NCBI GenBank assembly: GCA_049975525.1
Contig: JBNGCW010000013.1
Location: forward strand, 5,004-69,003
Reading direction: 5' to 3'
From: Anaerolineae bacterium
GTDB lineage: Bacteria; Chloroflexota; Anaerolineae; B4-G1; SLSP01
Length of the DNA stretch: 64,000 nt
The position numbers and the translations under genes are program-made. Below, one piece after another: positions 15,520 through 25,040 of this stretch; the stretch's first letter is position 1, and every line of letters starts with the position of its first letter. The notes beneath the pieces were generated by a model that worked only from the letters and a program-made list of their open reading frames with translations, searched no databases and was not told the DNA's origin.

Positions 15520-17952
15520 ATGAAATCCAAACTGCGTCTGGCGCCTGAGAAGCTATATCGGCCTACAGATCCCGAGCGCTTCGAGTTTCAGACCACTGAG
15601 GAGTTGGAGCCGCTCTCCGACGCCGTGGGACAACCGCGTGCCGTGACGGCGATACGCTTCGGCATGGACATTCAGAGCGATGGCTACAACATCTTCGCGC
15701 TGGGGCCACCCGGCACCGGCAAGCGAGACGTCATCCAGCGCCTTGTCGAACGGCGCGCTGCCTCCATGCCCGTCCCCGACGACTGGTGTTACGTCAACAA
15801 CTTCGAGGACCCCCACAAGCCGAAAGCGATTCGCCTGCCGGCCGGGGTAGGCGTAGACTTCCGCACTGACATGGAGGAGTTAATCGAGGACTTACAGACG
15901 GCGCTCTCCTCCGCCTTTGAAAGCGAGGAGTATCAAACCCGTCGGCAGACACTGATGGAGGAGTTCAAAGAAAAACAGTCGCAGGCCTTCGAAGAGCTCC
16001 AATCCCGCGCCCAGGATCAAGGTGTAGCCCTGATCCGCACGCCGGCGGGATTGGCCGTAGCGCCCATCCGGGAAGGTGAAGTGCTCTCCCCGGAGGAGAT
16101 TCAGGAGCTGCCCAAAGAGGAACGCGCCCGACTCCAGGAAAATATCGCAGAAATTCAGGACGATCTACAGAAGATCCTGCAGCGCATTCCACGCTGGCAG
16201 CGTGAGATGCGCAAACGTCTCGACAAGTTAAACCACGAGATGGCCAATCTGGCCGTAGGCGGTCTGATCGACGAGCTGCGTGAGAAATACAGCGCTTTCC
16301 CCGAGGTCATCGAGCATCTGGACACCGTCCAGGAGGATGTGGTGGAGCACGCCAACGAATTCCTGCCCTCGCAGGAAGGCGAGGGGGCATCGGCCATGAA
16401 AATACTACAACGGCATGCCGGCCAGACGCCCGGTGGAGAGGCTTCCTCGTTGTACCGCTACGAGGTCAACGTGATCGTCGATCATAGTGGCTCTGAGGGA
16501 GCCCCGGTGATTTACGAGGGCAATCCCACTTACCAGAACCTCATCGGGCGGGTGGAACATCAAGCCCGCATGGGCGCCCTGTACACCGACTTTCGCCTGA
16601 TCAAACCCGGCGCCCTCCACCGTGCCAACGGCGGCTATCTCATCCTGGATGCGCGGAAGGTGCTGAACCAGCCCTACGCCTGGGAGGGACTCAAACGCGC
16701 GCTGCAGTCCGGTGAGATGCGCATCGAATCGCTGGGACAAATGCTCAGCCTGATCAGCACCATCTCCCTGGAACCGGAGCCCATTCCTCTGAAGGCGAAA
16801 ATCGTCCTCTTCGGAGACCCTCTGCTCTACTATCTGCTCTGGGAACTGGACCCCGAGTTCGCCCAGCTCTTCAAAGTCCAGGCGGATTTCGAGGATCAGA
16901 TGGAACGCACCTCCGATCAGCTCCAGCTCTACGCCCGGCTGATCGCCACCCTCGCCAAACGGAAGGATCTGCGCCCGCTGGATCGTTCGGCAGTGGCCCG
17001 CGTCGTGGAGCACAGCGCCCGTCTGGTGGAAGACGCAGAGAAGCTCTCCACACGCACGCGGGATATCAGTGACTTGCTCTGCGAAGCCGATTACTGGGCA
17101 GACCAGAACGGCCACGAGGTCATCACGAGGGCGGACGTGCAACAGGCCATCGATGCGCAAATCTACCGTGGCGACCGCCTGCGGGAACGCATACAAGAGG
17201 CCATCTTGCGCGATACGCTGCTGATCGACACCGAGGGAGAGAAGGTCGCGCAGGTCAACGGGCTCTCGGTCATCCAGCTGGGCAACTTCGCCTTCGGGCG
17301 ACCGACACGCATCACAGCCCGTACCCGGCTGGGGAAGGGCGAGGTCCTCGACATCGAGCGGGAGGTCGAACTGGGCGGCCCCATCCACTCCAAAGGGGTG
17401 CTCATCCTCTCCGGCTTCCTTGGCGCGCGCTATGCCGAAAATACACCGCTCTCCCTTTCGGCCAGCCTGGTCTTCGAGCAGTCCTACAGCGACGTGGAGG
17501 GGGACAGCGCCTCGACAGCCGAACTCTACGCCCTGCTCTCCTCCATCGCCAACGTGCCCTTGAAGCAATCACTGGCCGTCACCGGTTCCGTCAACCAGCA
17601 CGGGCAGGTTCAAGCCATCGGCGGCGTCAACGAAAAGATCGAAGGCTTCTTCGATATCTGCAAAGCCCGAGGGCTGACCGGCGACCAGGGCGTTTTGATC
17701 CCCGCCGCCAACGTCAAGCATCTGATGCTGCGCCAGGACGTGGTGGAGGCCGTCCGCAACGGTGATTTCCACGTTTACGCCATCTCCACCGTCGACGAGG
17801 GGCTGGAGCTGCTGAGCGGCCTGCCGGCCGGCGAACGTGACGCGGAGGGCAACTACCCCGAAGGCACCTTCAACTATCGCGTCCAACGCCGTGTGCAGGA
17901 GCTGGCGGAACGGCGCGAAATCTCTGGCGAAGACGAAGGAGAGGAGGCATAA
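15520..17952 (+). CDS. Lon-related ATP-dependent protease (COG1067/LonB-YcbZ-like, long form with helical insertion)
   Basis: Walker A GPPGTGKR. A coiled-coil-like insertion lies between Walker A and GGYLILDA. C-terminal Lon protease domain with catalytic Ser in GDSASTAEL and Lys in GGVNEKIEGFF. Confidence 0.85.
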   Translation: MKSKLRLAPEKLYRPTDPERFEFQTTEELEPLSDAVGQPRAVTAIRFGMDIQSDGYNIFALGPPGTGKRDVIQRLVERRAASMPVPDDWCYVNNFEDPHKPKAIRLPAGVGVDFRTDMEELIEDLQTALSSAFESEEYQTRRQTLMEEFKEKQSQAFEELQSRAQDQGVALIRTPAGLAVAPIREGEVLSPEEIQELPKEERARLQENIAEIQDDLQKILQRIPRWQREMRKRLDKLNHEMANLAVGGLIDELREKYSAFPEVIEHLDTVQEDVVEHANEFLPSQEGEGASAMKILQRHAGQTPGGEASSLYRYEVNVIVDHSGSEGAPVIYEGNPTYQNLIGRVEHQARMGALYTDFRLIKPGALHRANGGYLILDARKVLNQPYAWEGLKRALQSGEMRIESLGQMLSLISTISLEPEPIPLKAKIVLFGDPLLYYLLWELDPEFAQLFKVQADFEDQMERTSDQLQLYARLIATLAKRKDLRPLDRSAVARVVEHSARLVEDAEKLSTRTRDISDLLCEADYWADQNGHEVITRADVQQAIDAQIYRGDRLRERIQEAILRDTLLIDTEGEKVAQVNGLSVIQLGNFAFGRPTRITARTRLGKGEVLDIEREVELGGPIHSKGVLILSGFLGARYAENTPLSLSASLVFEQSYSDVEGDSASTAELYALLSSIANVPLKQSLAVTGSVNQHGQVQAIGGVNEKIEGFFDICKARGLTGDQGVLIPAANVKHLMLRQDVVEAVRNGDFHVYAISTVDEGLELLSGLPAGERDAEGNYPEGTFNYRVQRRVQELAERREISGEDEGEEA

Positions 17953-17953
17953 G

Positions 17954-18796
17954 ATGAAAGCGCCCAAAATCCGACGCATTCTGGTGGCGGTCGATGCTTC
18001 ACCTCACAGCCAGGCAGCCCTGGAAGCGGCGGGAGAATTGGCGGCGCGCTTTAACGCAGAACTGTTGGGGCTGTTTGTCGAAGACCTGAACTTGTTGCGC
18101 CTGGCAAGCTTGCCCTTCGGCAAGGAGGTGGGCCTCTTTTCCGCCCTGCCTCGCCAGCTGCGTCCCCCGGACGTGAAACGTCAGCTGCGCATTCAGGCCC
18201 GCCGGGCTCAGGAGACCTTTTCCGTCGTCGTCGAACGTCGGGAGATCTCCGGCACCTTCCACGTCGTACGCGGTTCCGTCTCCCAGAAAATTTTGGAGGC
18301 CTCGGCCGAGGTGGACATTGTCCTGTTGGGAAAGTCCGGGCTCTCCCAACTGCGGAAGGAGCGCCTGGGTTCCACCGCTCAGACGCTGTTGGCCGAAGCG
18401 CCGGGCATGATGATGATCTTGCAAAACGGAGCTCGCCTCGGATCGCCGGTGGTGTTGGTCTACGACGGATCGTTGATGGCGAAGAAAGCGCTGCACGCGG
18501 CCTTGACTTTGTTGGAGCAGGAGGACCAGCCGCGCAAGCTCACGGTCCTGACGGTGGGCGATGGACCAGAGGCATGTCGCCGCCTGCAGGCCGAGATCGA
18601 GGCGACGCTGTCCACGAAAAACGTGAGGGTGCAGTACCGCACCCTCTGCAGCTCAAGCGCCGAGAAGGTCACCTATCGCATCAAGTTAGAGGAACGCGGC
18701 ACCCTGGTGCTGCCGGCCAAACAGGAGCTGGTGGAAAACGAGGTGCTCCACGAACTTCTCGCCAAAATCGACGTGCCGGTGCTGCTCGTGCGCTAA
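17954..18796 (+). CDS. Tandem universal stress protein (two UspA domains)
   Basis: RILVAVDASPHSQAALEAA and GKSGLSQLRKERLGST (ATP-binding-type motif) in domain 1. A second, more degenerate USP domain follows. The ATG lies 1 nt after the Lon stop. Confidence 0.8.
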   Translation: MKAPKIRRILVAVDASPHSQAALEAAGELAARFNAELLGLFVEDLNLLRLASLPFGKEVGLFSALPRQLRPPDVKRQLRIQARRAQETFSVVVERREISGTFHVVRGSVSQKILEASAEVDIVLLGKSGLSQLRKERLGSTAQTLLAEAPGMMMILQNGARLGSPVVLVYDGSLMAKKALHAALTLLEQEDQPRKLTVLTVGDGPEACRRLQAEIEATLSTKNVRVQYRTLCSSSAEKVTYRIKLEERGTLVLPAKQELVENEVLHELLAKIDVPVLLVR

Positions 18797-18808
18797 AGGA
18801 AACGAACC

Positions 18809-21800
18809 ATGACTCATCCAACCACCGATCTACTCATCCACCTGCGCCCCCAGACGCCCGAAGGCAGCTATCCCGTCGAGGCCCGGCTGGAAGACGGCAG
18901 CCGTTTCAGCGGCGGTCGCTTCCAACCCGACATGGAGACGCTACGACGCGCGGCCCTTGACCCCCAAACCTACGGCCTCTCCCTCTTCTACGCCCTCTTC
19001 AACGGCCCCATCCGGCGCGCCTACGACCGCGCCTGGGGACGCGCCGGCGAAGGCGGGCTGCGGATCCGCCTCTGGATCGACCGCGAGGCCGCCGCGCTCC
19101 ACGCCCTGAAATGGGAGCAACTGCACTACGTAGATCAAGGCATAACCGCGCCGCTGAGCGCCTCCGCCCGTACGCCCTTCGCCCGCTACCTGGACCTGGA
19201 AAAGGGCCATCCCCCCCCCCTCGACGAACGCCCCCTGCGCCTGGTGGCAGCCCTCGCCAATCCCACCGACCTGCAGGCGTACGGCCTGGCTCCCATCGAC
19301 GTCTTCCGCGAAGTGGAGGTGCTGATCAAGGCCCTGCGCGGGCTGACCCGCACCGGACAGCTCGACGTGACGCTGCTGACCGGGCGCACGGCGCTGCCCG
19401 ACAGCCTCCACGCTCACCTGAGCGACCTGGGCTGGCAGGTGCTCGACGTTCCCACTACCCTGGACAACGTGTTGCGGGCTCTGGAGGCTAACGGAGGCGC
19501 CCACGCCCTGCACCTGGTCGCCCACGGCGCGCTCCGCACCAGAGACGGCGTCGCCGTGCTCTTTCTGGAAGACGCAGAGGGCGCGGCCCAGATCACGCCC
19601 GACCGGGAGATAGCAAAACAACTGCACGAGCTGGCGTCCCGACCGCGTCTGGTCTTCCTGGCGCCTTGTGAGAGCGCCGCCCGCGATCCTGACAACGCCA
19701 ATCCCTTCGTGGGCCTGGCACCCAAACTGGTGCGGGCAGGTGTGCCCGCCGTCGTCGCCATGCAAGATAGCGTGCCCATACGCGTCGTCCACGAGCTGAC
19801 GCAGGATTTCTACCGTCATCTGCTGGATCACGGCCAAGTGGATCGAGCGCTCAACCAGGCGCGGTTGCTGCTCTATGAAGAAACCTCACCAGCGTGGGCC
19901 ATCCCCGTGCTCTTCACCCATCTTCCCGACGGCCAGCTCCTGGTGGAAGACCCGGTACGGACGGCGCTGAGCGCCATGGTGGAAGCCCCCCAGTTCAATC
20001 CGCTGGCGAAAGATGAGGACTACATCCCCCTCAACGCGCTCTACCTCACCGGAGAGCCCAAAAACCTCAACCTGGAGCAACTGCGCCGCGAGCGCACCTC
20101 CGCCCAGGAGATCAACACGGCCTTCCAACATATCTTCTCCAGGAAGACACCGTGCTGCGTGGCCCTGATCGGCGACGCCGGCATGGGCAAGTCGCTCCAG
20201 ATGAAACGTCTGGGCCGCCTCACGGCGGAAGCCTCCCTGGCACCGAACGCCGCGCGCGTCGTGATCCCCGTCTACATCGACCTGCAAGCGCTGCGCGCAG
20301 CGCCGCTCGTGGGGCCGGCCGACGTCGAGGCGTTGATCCTCAAAGCACTGACCCCCTTCTGGCCGACGGAGGGCAAGCCTCAACCCGCCGATCTGGTGAC
20401 CGCCCGGGAGGGTCCCATCCTGCGCATACTCATCGACGGCAGTGACTCTCTCCCCGACCACGTGCGGCGGCGTCTCTGGGCAGCGGTGGATCGCTTTGCC
20501 CGCCGCCGCTCCCGGCATCAATACGTCGTAGCACACAAATCCACCCACTTTGCGCCGCAGCTCCTGCCTCTGACCGACGTCCTGGTTCTACAACCCCTCT
20601 CTCCCGGCGCGCTGACCCACTACCTCACCCAGAGGCTCGGCACACCCGTCGCCCTGCGGCTCTACGGCGCCATCGAGCGCCACCGTCTCCACGACCTGGC
20701 GGCCCTCCCCTGGCTGCTGGTGCAGATGCTGCGCCAGACCCAACGCGGCACGCTTCCCACGTCGCGGGCGGAGGTGCTGGAACACTATGTGACGGACATC
20801 GTCGCCGATCTCGCCCGCAATCCGGGCATGCGCGCGCTGATCAACCAGACGCTGGACGCCCTGGCCTGGCGCATGCAATCCACCTTCCGCAGCCGCCTGC
20901 CCCTCGACGAAGCCTTTGAGATTATGGCGCAGGTGCGGGGACACCGCGACTACGACCTGGAAGCTTTCTTCAGCGCTCTGGTGACCCACGATCTGTTGAC
21001 CCCCGTGGGCACGGAAGCCCTGACCTTCGCCCGCGACGAGGTCCGAGCCTATGTCTGCGCACGCGCCCTGACACGGCAAAAGCAGACGACGCTGGACGAG
21101 GTGTTGGCTACATTGGGACGTCGCAGCCGCTATCGCTGGTGGCAGAAACCGCTCACGCTGTTGGCGGGGTTACCCCAGGCCCCATCCTCGCTGATGTACC
21201 GCCTGCTTCACGACGCCGCCCTTGACGAAGAGGTCACCCTCGACGAAGGCGAACTGGTCTTCTTGGCCGCGCACATGCTCCGAGAGGGCAGACGCGAGGG
21301 AGAGGAACGGCTGCGAGCCTACGTCGTGGGCGCCCTGCTCCTCCGCCTGGACAGCCGTCGTGAACCGCAGGTGGAACTGCGCGCGTGGGCAGCTGAGGCG
21401 TTGGGCGACCTGGAGGCCCGTGCCGCTGTCCCGCGTCTCATCTCCGTCGCGCTCGAAAAGGTACGCGGCTCTCCGGCAAGCCCCAAGTACGAATACAGCA
21501 CCGTGCGCCTCGCGGCCCTGCGGGCGCTCCGGCGGATCCTCCCTCGGCCCTACACGGACGTGGCGACATACGATGAGCGCCTGGCCCAAATGATGACCCA
21601 CTGGACGGAGCATGACGTGAAGGCCCTGGCGCATGACTTGCATCACACGCCCACCCGAGAGGGAGCCAACATCCAGGGTCTGACAGCCCTCACCCTGGGC
21701 GAGCTGGGCACCCAGGCAGCTGTGGACGTCTTGATCGAGGCTTTCCTGGCCCCTGATCAGGACGCCGCGCTGTACCGCAGCGTCTCCACAGCACTGACCT

Positions 21801-22276
21801 TGATCGATCCGGCCCAGGTCACCCGGCGCGTCGTGCTCCCCCTGCTGGAGGAGGCCGAAGAGGAACCTCGACGCCTGGGGCCCCGCCTGGCAAACTTGAT
21901 CTACCTCATCGGGCGGGTGCGCGTCCCGGCGCAAAAGGCCCGGGATTTCCTGCGGCGGTGTCTGGAAACGTGCGCGCCGATCCACCTGAAAGGCCTGACC
22001 ATCCAATCGCTGGGTTGGTTACACGCCGTCGAGTACAAAGAGACCTTTGAAGCCGTGGCTTTGGGTGCTTTTGAAGCGCTGCAACTGGTCGGCCCCCTCT
22101 CCGACGCCACCCAACGTTATCTGCAACGCAAGGCTCTGGAGGCACTGGCGTACCTCGGAGACATGGAGACGTTGAAACGTCTGAAACAAGAGGCCTTTAC
22201 CTGGGATCCCGAGTTGGAGATGGCCTTTTACCGCACCCACGAGGAGATTTTGGTACACAGAAAGCAAACGACCTAG
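18809..22276 (+). CDS. CHAT (caspase-like protease) - NACHT/STAND P-loop NTPase - HEAT/PBS-lyase repeat protein
   Basis: CHAT dyad His239 (LHLVAHG) and Cys287 (FLAPCESA). Walker A GDAGMGKS (Lys461). Walker B-like ILIDGSDS. C-terminal repeats AAEALGDLEARAAVPRLI, LTLGELGTQAAVDVLIEAF, ALEALAYLGDMETLKRL. Confidence 0.85.
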   Translation: MTHPTTDLLIHLRPQTPEGSYPVEARLEDGSRFSGGRFQPDMETLRRAALDPQTYGLSLFYALFNGPIRRAYDRAWGRAGEGGLRIRLWIDREAAALHALKWEQLHYVDQGITAPLSASARTPFARYLDLEKGHPPPLDERPLRLVAALANPTDLQAYGLAPIDVFREVEVLIKALRGLTRTGQLDVTLLTGRTALPDSLHAHLSDLGWQVLDVPTTLDNVLRALEANGGAHALHLVAHGALRTRDGVAVLFLEDAEGAAQITPDREIAKQLHELASRPRLVFLAPCESAARDPDNANPFVGLAPKLVRAGVPAVVAMQDSVPIRVVHELTQDFYRHLLDHGQVDRALNQARLLLYEETSPAWAIPVLFTHLPDGQLLVEDPVRTALSAMVEAPQFNPLAKDEDYIPLNALYLTGEPKNLNLEQLRRERTSAQEINTAFQHIFSRKTPCCVALIGDAGMGKSLQMKRLGRLTAEASLAPNAARVVIPVYIDLQALRAAPLVGPADVEALILKALTPFWPTEGKPQPADLVTAREGPILRILIDGSDSLPDHVRRRLWAAVDRFARRRSRHQYVVAHKSTHFAPQLLPLTDVLVLQPLSPGALTHYLTQRLGTPVALRLYGAIERHRLHDLAALPWLLVQMLRQTQRGTLPTSRAEVLEHYVTDIVADLARNPGMRALINQTLDALAWRMQSTFRSRLPLDEAFEIMAQVRGHRDYDLEAFFSALVTHDLLTPVGTEALTFARDEVRAYVCARALTRQKQTTLDEVLATLGRRSRYRWWQKPLTLLAGLPQAPSSLMYRLLHDAALDEEVTLDEGELVFLAAHMLREGRREGEERLRAYVVGALLLRLDSRREPQVELRAWAAEALGDLEARAAVPRLISVALEKVRGSPASPKYEYSTVRLAALRALRRILPRPYTDVATYDERLAQMMTHWTEHDVKALAHDLHHTPTREGANIQGLTALTLGELGTQAAVDVLIEAFLAPDQDAALYRSVSTALTLIDPAQVTRRVVLPLLEEAEEEPRRLGPRLANLIYLIGRVRVPAQKARDFLRRCLETCAPIHLKGLTIQSLGWLHAVEYKETFEAVALGAFEALQLVGPLSDATQRYLQRKALEALAYLGDMETLKRLKQEAFTWDPELEMAFYRTHEEILVHRKQTT

Positions 22277-22295
22277 TTCACACAGGAGGTGTAAA

Positions 22296-22796
22296 ATGAC
22301 CACCATGGACGATCTGAAAGCCGCTTTTGCGGGTGAATCACAAGCCAATCGGCGTTATCTGGCCTTCGCCGAAAAGGCCGAGGAGGAAGGGCTCCCCAAT
22401 ATCGCCCGTCTTTTCCGCGCCGTCGCAGCGGCCGAGACGGTGCACGCACACAGTCACTTTCGCACGATGGGCGGGGTCAAGAGTACCGCCGAGAATCTCA
22501 AGACTGCCATCGCCGGGGAGAACTACGAAGTCAAGACCATGTACCCCGAATTCATGGAAAACGCCAAAGAAGCCGGTGAGCGCCGCGCCGAGATCACCTT
22601 CAAGCACGCCTGGGAGGTGGAAAAGATCCACGAACAGCTCTACCGCGCAGCCCTGGAGCAGGTCGAGAGAGGGGATATCGAAGCCGCTGAGTACTACGTC
22701 TGCTCCGTCTGCGGACACACGCACGTCGGCGCCGAGCCCCCGGAACGCTGTCCCATCTGCGGCGCCAAACGCGAACGCTACATGAAGATCGAATAA
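22296..22796 (+). CDS. rbr: Rubrerythrin
   Basis: Ferritin-like di-iron ExxH motifs (AETVHAH, EVEKIHEQ). C-terminal rubredoxin-type CSVCGH...CPICG. Confidence 0.9.
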   Translation: MTTMDDLKAAFAGESQANRRYLAFAEKAEEEGLPNIARLFRAVAAAETVHAHSHFRTMGGVKSTAENLKTAIAGENYEVKTMYPEFMENAKEAGERRAEITFKHAWEVEKIHEQLYRAALEQVERGDIEAAEYYVCSVCGHTHVGAEPPERCPICGAKRERYMKIE

Positions 22797-22827
22797 AGTT
22801 GGCATGGACGGCCGACCGAGATACAAA

Positions 22828-22862
22828 GAGGACGGGGGAGCGGCGTGAAAGCCCCCGTCCTC
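22828..22862. terminator. Strong GC-rich hairpin between convergent genes (bidirectional terminator candidate)
   Basis: Perfect 11-bp stem GAGGACGGGGG / CCCCCGTCCTC with a 13-nt loop. Lies between the rubrerythrin stop (22796) and the oxidoreductase stop (22870). Confidence 0.7.
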
Positions 22863-22869
22863 CCTCATT

Positions 22870-23862
22870 CTACCCATAGGCCCGCGCCAGCAACCCTCCG
22901 ATCAAGCGGGGCTGCGACCAGCGGCGGAGGCGACGCACGTCGAGGGGCTCCCCTGTAGCGATGGTCTCGGCGACGAGCAGCCCGCTGCGCACGGCGGGCG
23001 CGATGCCTTCACCCATATCCTGCGTGGCCAGCCCGGCGGCGTCCCCGACCACAAAGGCGTTGCCCACCTGCAGTTGTGGCTGCCCCTGGCGCACGTAGTA
23101 GGCGTGGCCCTGCGGCGCAAAGTCATAGCCCCGCACCAGGCCCCACGCATCCAGCGTGGCGACCAGGTGCGCCCAGTGCTCACGGATGGTCATCCCCCGC
23201 GCTTTGAGCGTCGCCGCTTTACCGCCCACGCCCACGTTGACGACGCCCCCGGCTTTGGGTACGTACCAGGCGTAGCCGGGCAATCCGCGCTCCAGAAACC
23301 AGAGGTGGCAGGCATCCCCGCGTCCGTCGGAGGCGTGAGGATAACGAAATTCCTCCTCTTGGGTCACGATGAGCGCCTCGCGGGGACGGGGGTTCACCCC
23401 GGCGAAAAACGTCCGCGCCACAGGACAGTGCGTCCCCCCGGCGCCGACGAGATAGCGACCGAAGAACTTGCCGTCCACCACGTAACCGCCCTCCTGTCTC
23501 ACGATCTCCCGCGCGTGATGGGTGACAACGCGGGCGCCCGAACGCGCCAGCAACCAGGCGTCAAACTCGACGCGGCGGATGGCGAGATGGCGCGTCGATA
23601 GAGGCAGGCGCAGGCCGCACACGGAGACGACAAGGCGTGTGACGGTGGTCAGCGCGTGAGGGTAGTCATCGGGCGCGACTTCCAGATCCACCAGCACCTC
23701 CGGCGTGATCCAGCCGGCGCAGAGCTTGAGCCGGGGGAAGGTCGCGCGATCCAGGACCAGCACGTCGAGGCCGTGGCGGCGCAGCGCCCAGGCGCAGCTC
23801 GCGCCCGCCGGCCCTCCACCGACGATCAGCACATCCGCCCGATGCATGGTCACCTGACCCAA
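22870..23862 (-). CDS. FAD-dependent oxidoreductase (geranylgeranyl-reductase-like family)
   Basis: N-terminal dinucleotide fold DVLIVGGGPAGASCAWAL..LVLD. C-terminal GDAAG motif (VVGDAAGLA). Confidence 0.8.
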   Translation of the reverse strand: MGQVTMHRADVLIVGGGPAGASCAWALRRHGLDVLVLDRATFPRLKLCAGWITPEVLVDLEVAPDDYPHALTTVTRLVVSVCGLRLPLSTRHLAIRRVEFDAWLLARSGARVVTHHAREIVRQEGGYVVDGKFFGRYLVGAGGTHCPVARTFFAGVNPRPREALIVTQEEEFRYPHASDGRGDACHLWFLERGLPGYAWYVPKAGGVVNVGVGGKAATLKARGMTIREHWAHLVATLDAWGLVRGYDFAPQGHAYYVRQGQPQLQVGNAFVVGDAAGLATQDMGEGIAPAVRSGLLVAETIATGEPLDVRRLRRWSQPRLIGGLLARAYG

Positions 23863-23912
23863 AACCTGCGCGCCAACCCGAAATATCTACCGATCCACAT
23901 CTCTGCACCCGC

Positions 23913-25040
23913 TCAGCTGATACGACAATCCGGCTGCGGGGTGCCGGGCCGCGTCATCACCACCTGCCAGAGCTGCTGACTGCGGGCGCGGAAGCCGCCG
24001 GCGCTGCTCAGCAGATAGAAACGCCACATACGGTAAAAGCGCTCATCGTATCGGGGGTTTTTCCGGAGTTCGGGCCAAGCCGCCTCGAAGTTCTCGTACC
24101 AGGCCATCAACGTGGGATCGTAGTACGGCCCGAAGTTGTGCCAGTCCTCCACCACGAAGAGCCCTTCCATGGCTTTACCCAGCTGGGCGATGGAGGGCAA
24201 CATGCCGTTGGGGAAAATGTACTTGTGCGTCCAGGCGTTGCCCACTCCCGCGCTGACGTTGGCGCCGATGGTGTGGAAAAAAGCGATCCCGTCCTCTTTG
24301 AGCGTACGATCCACCACCTCCATGTAGGTGCGGTAGTTCTTATGGCCCACGTGCTCCATCACGCCGATGGAGATCACCCGGTCGTAAGTACCTTCCGCGT
24401 CGCGGTAATCCTGGAGCTTGAAGGTGACCGGCAGGCCCGCACAGCGCTCCCGCGCCAGTTTCACCTGTTCCTTTGAGATGTTGTACCCGGTGACCACCGC
24501 GCCGTACTCTTCCGCCGCGTACTGGGCGAAGCTGCCGAAGCCACTGCCCAACTCCAGCACCGTCATCCCCGGCTCCAGTCCGATCTTCCTGCAGACCAGC
24601 TCCAGCTTGGCCTCCTGGGCCTCGTCCAAGTTATCGGCCTCCTTCCAATAGCCGCAGGTGTAGTTCATGCGCTTGTCAAGCATGGCTTCGTAGAGATCAT
24701 TGCCCAGATCGTAGTGGCGCTCGGCCACTTCGGTGGCTCGTCGCCGGGTCTGCAAGTTGAAGAGGCGCATTTTGAGGGCATGAAGAGCCAGTTTCCAGTT
24801 ACCTTGCAGCTTGTCCGGCAGGTCGGCGAGGAAGATGCGATTGATAAGTTCGTCCAGCGCCTCACAATCCCACCAGCCGTCCATGTAAGCTTCGCCGAAG
24901 CCCAACTCCACCTCGCGGATGACACGGTCGTAGAAGCGTGGATCGTGAATCTGAATATCCCAGGGGCGGTTACCGTTGATCTCAACGTCGGCGTGCTCTA
25001 ACAACTCACGGATGAAGTGTTCCGATTTTGAGATGGTCAT
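23913..25040 (-). CDS. cfa: Cyclopropane-fatty-acyl-phospholipid synthase
   Basis: HYDLGNDLYEAMLD, SAM motif I VLELGSGFGSF, ISIGVMEHVG. Confidence 0.9.
   Translation of the reverse strand: MTISKSEHFIRELLEHADVEINGNRPWDIQIHDPRFYDRVIREVELGFGEAYMDGWWDCEALDELINRIFLADLPDKLQGNWKLALHALKMRLFNLQTRRRATEVAERHYDLGNDLYEAMLDKRMNYTCGYWKEADNLDEAQEAKLELVCRKIGLEPGMTVLELGSGFGSFAQYAAEEYGAVVTGYNISKEQVKLARERCAGLPVTFKLQDYRDAEGTYDRVISIGVMEHVGHKNYRTYMEVVDRTLKEDGIAFFHTIGANVSAGVGNAWTHKYIFPNGMLPSIAQLGKAMEGLFVVEDWHNFGPYYDPTLMAWYENFEAAWPELRKNPRYDERFYRMWRFYLLSSAGGFRARSQQLWQVVMTRPGTPQPDCRIS

Noticed and set aside
15520-17952. Lon-related protease as BrxL of a BREX system.
   Set aside because: No PglX methyltransferase, PglZ, BrxA/B/C or other BREX components are adjacent. 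The alkaline-phosphatase-family genes at 39-43 kb are exported envelope enzymes in a different operon.
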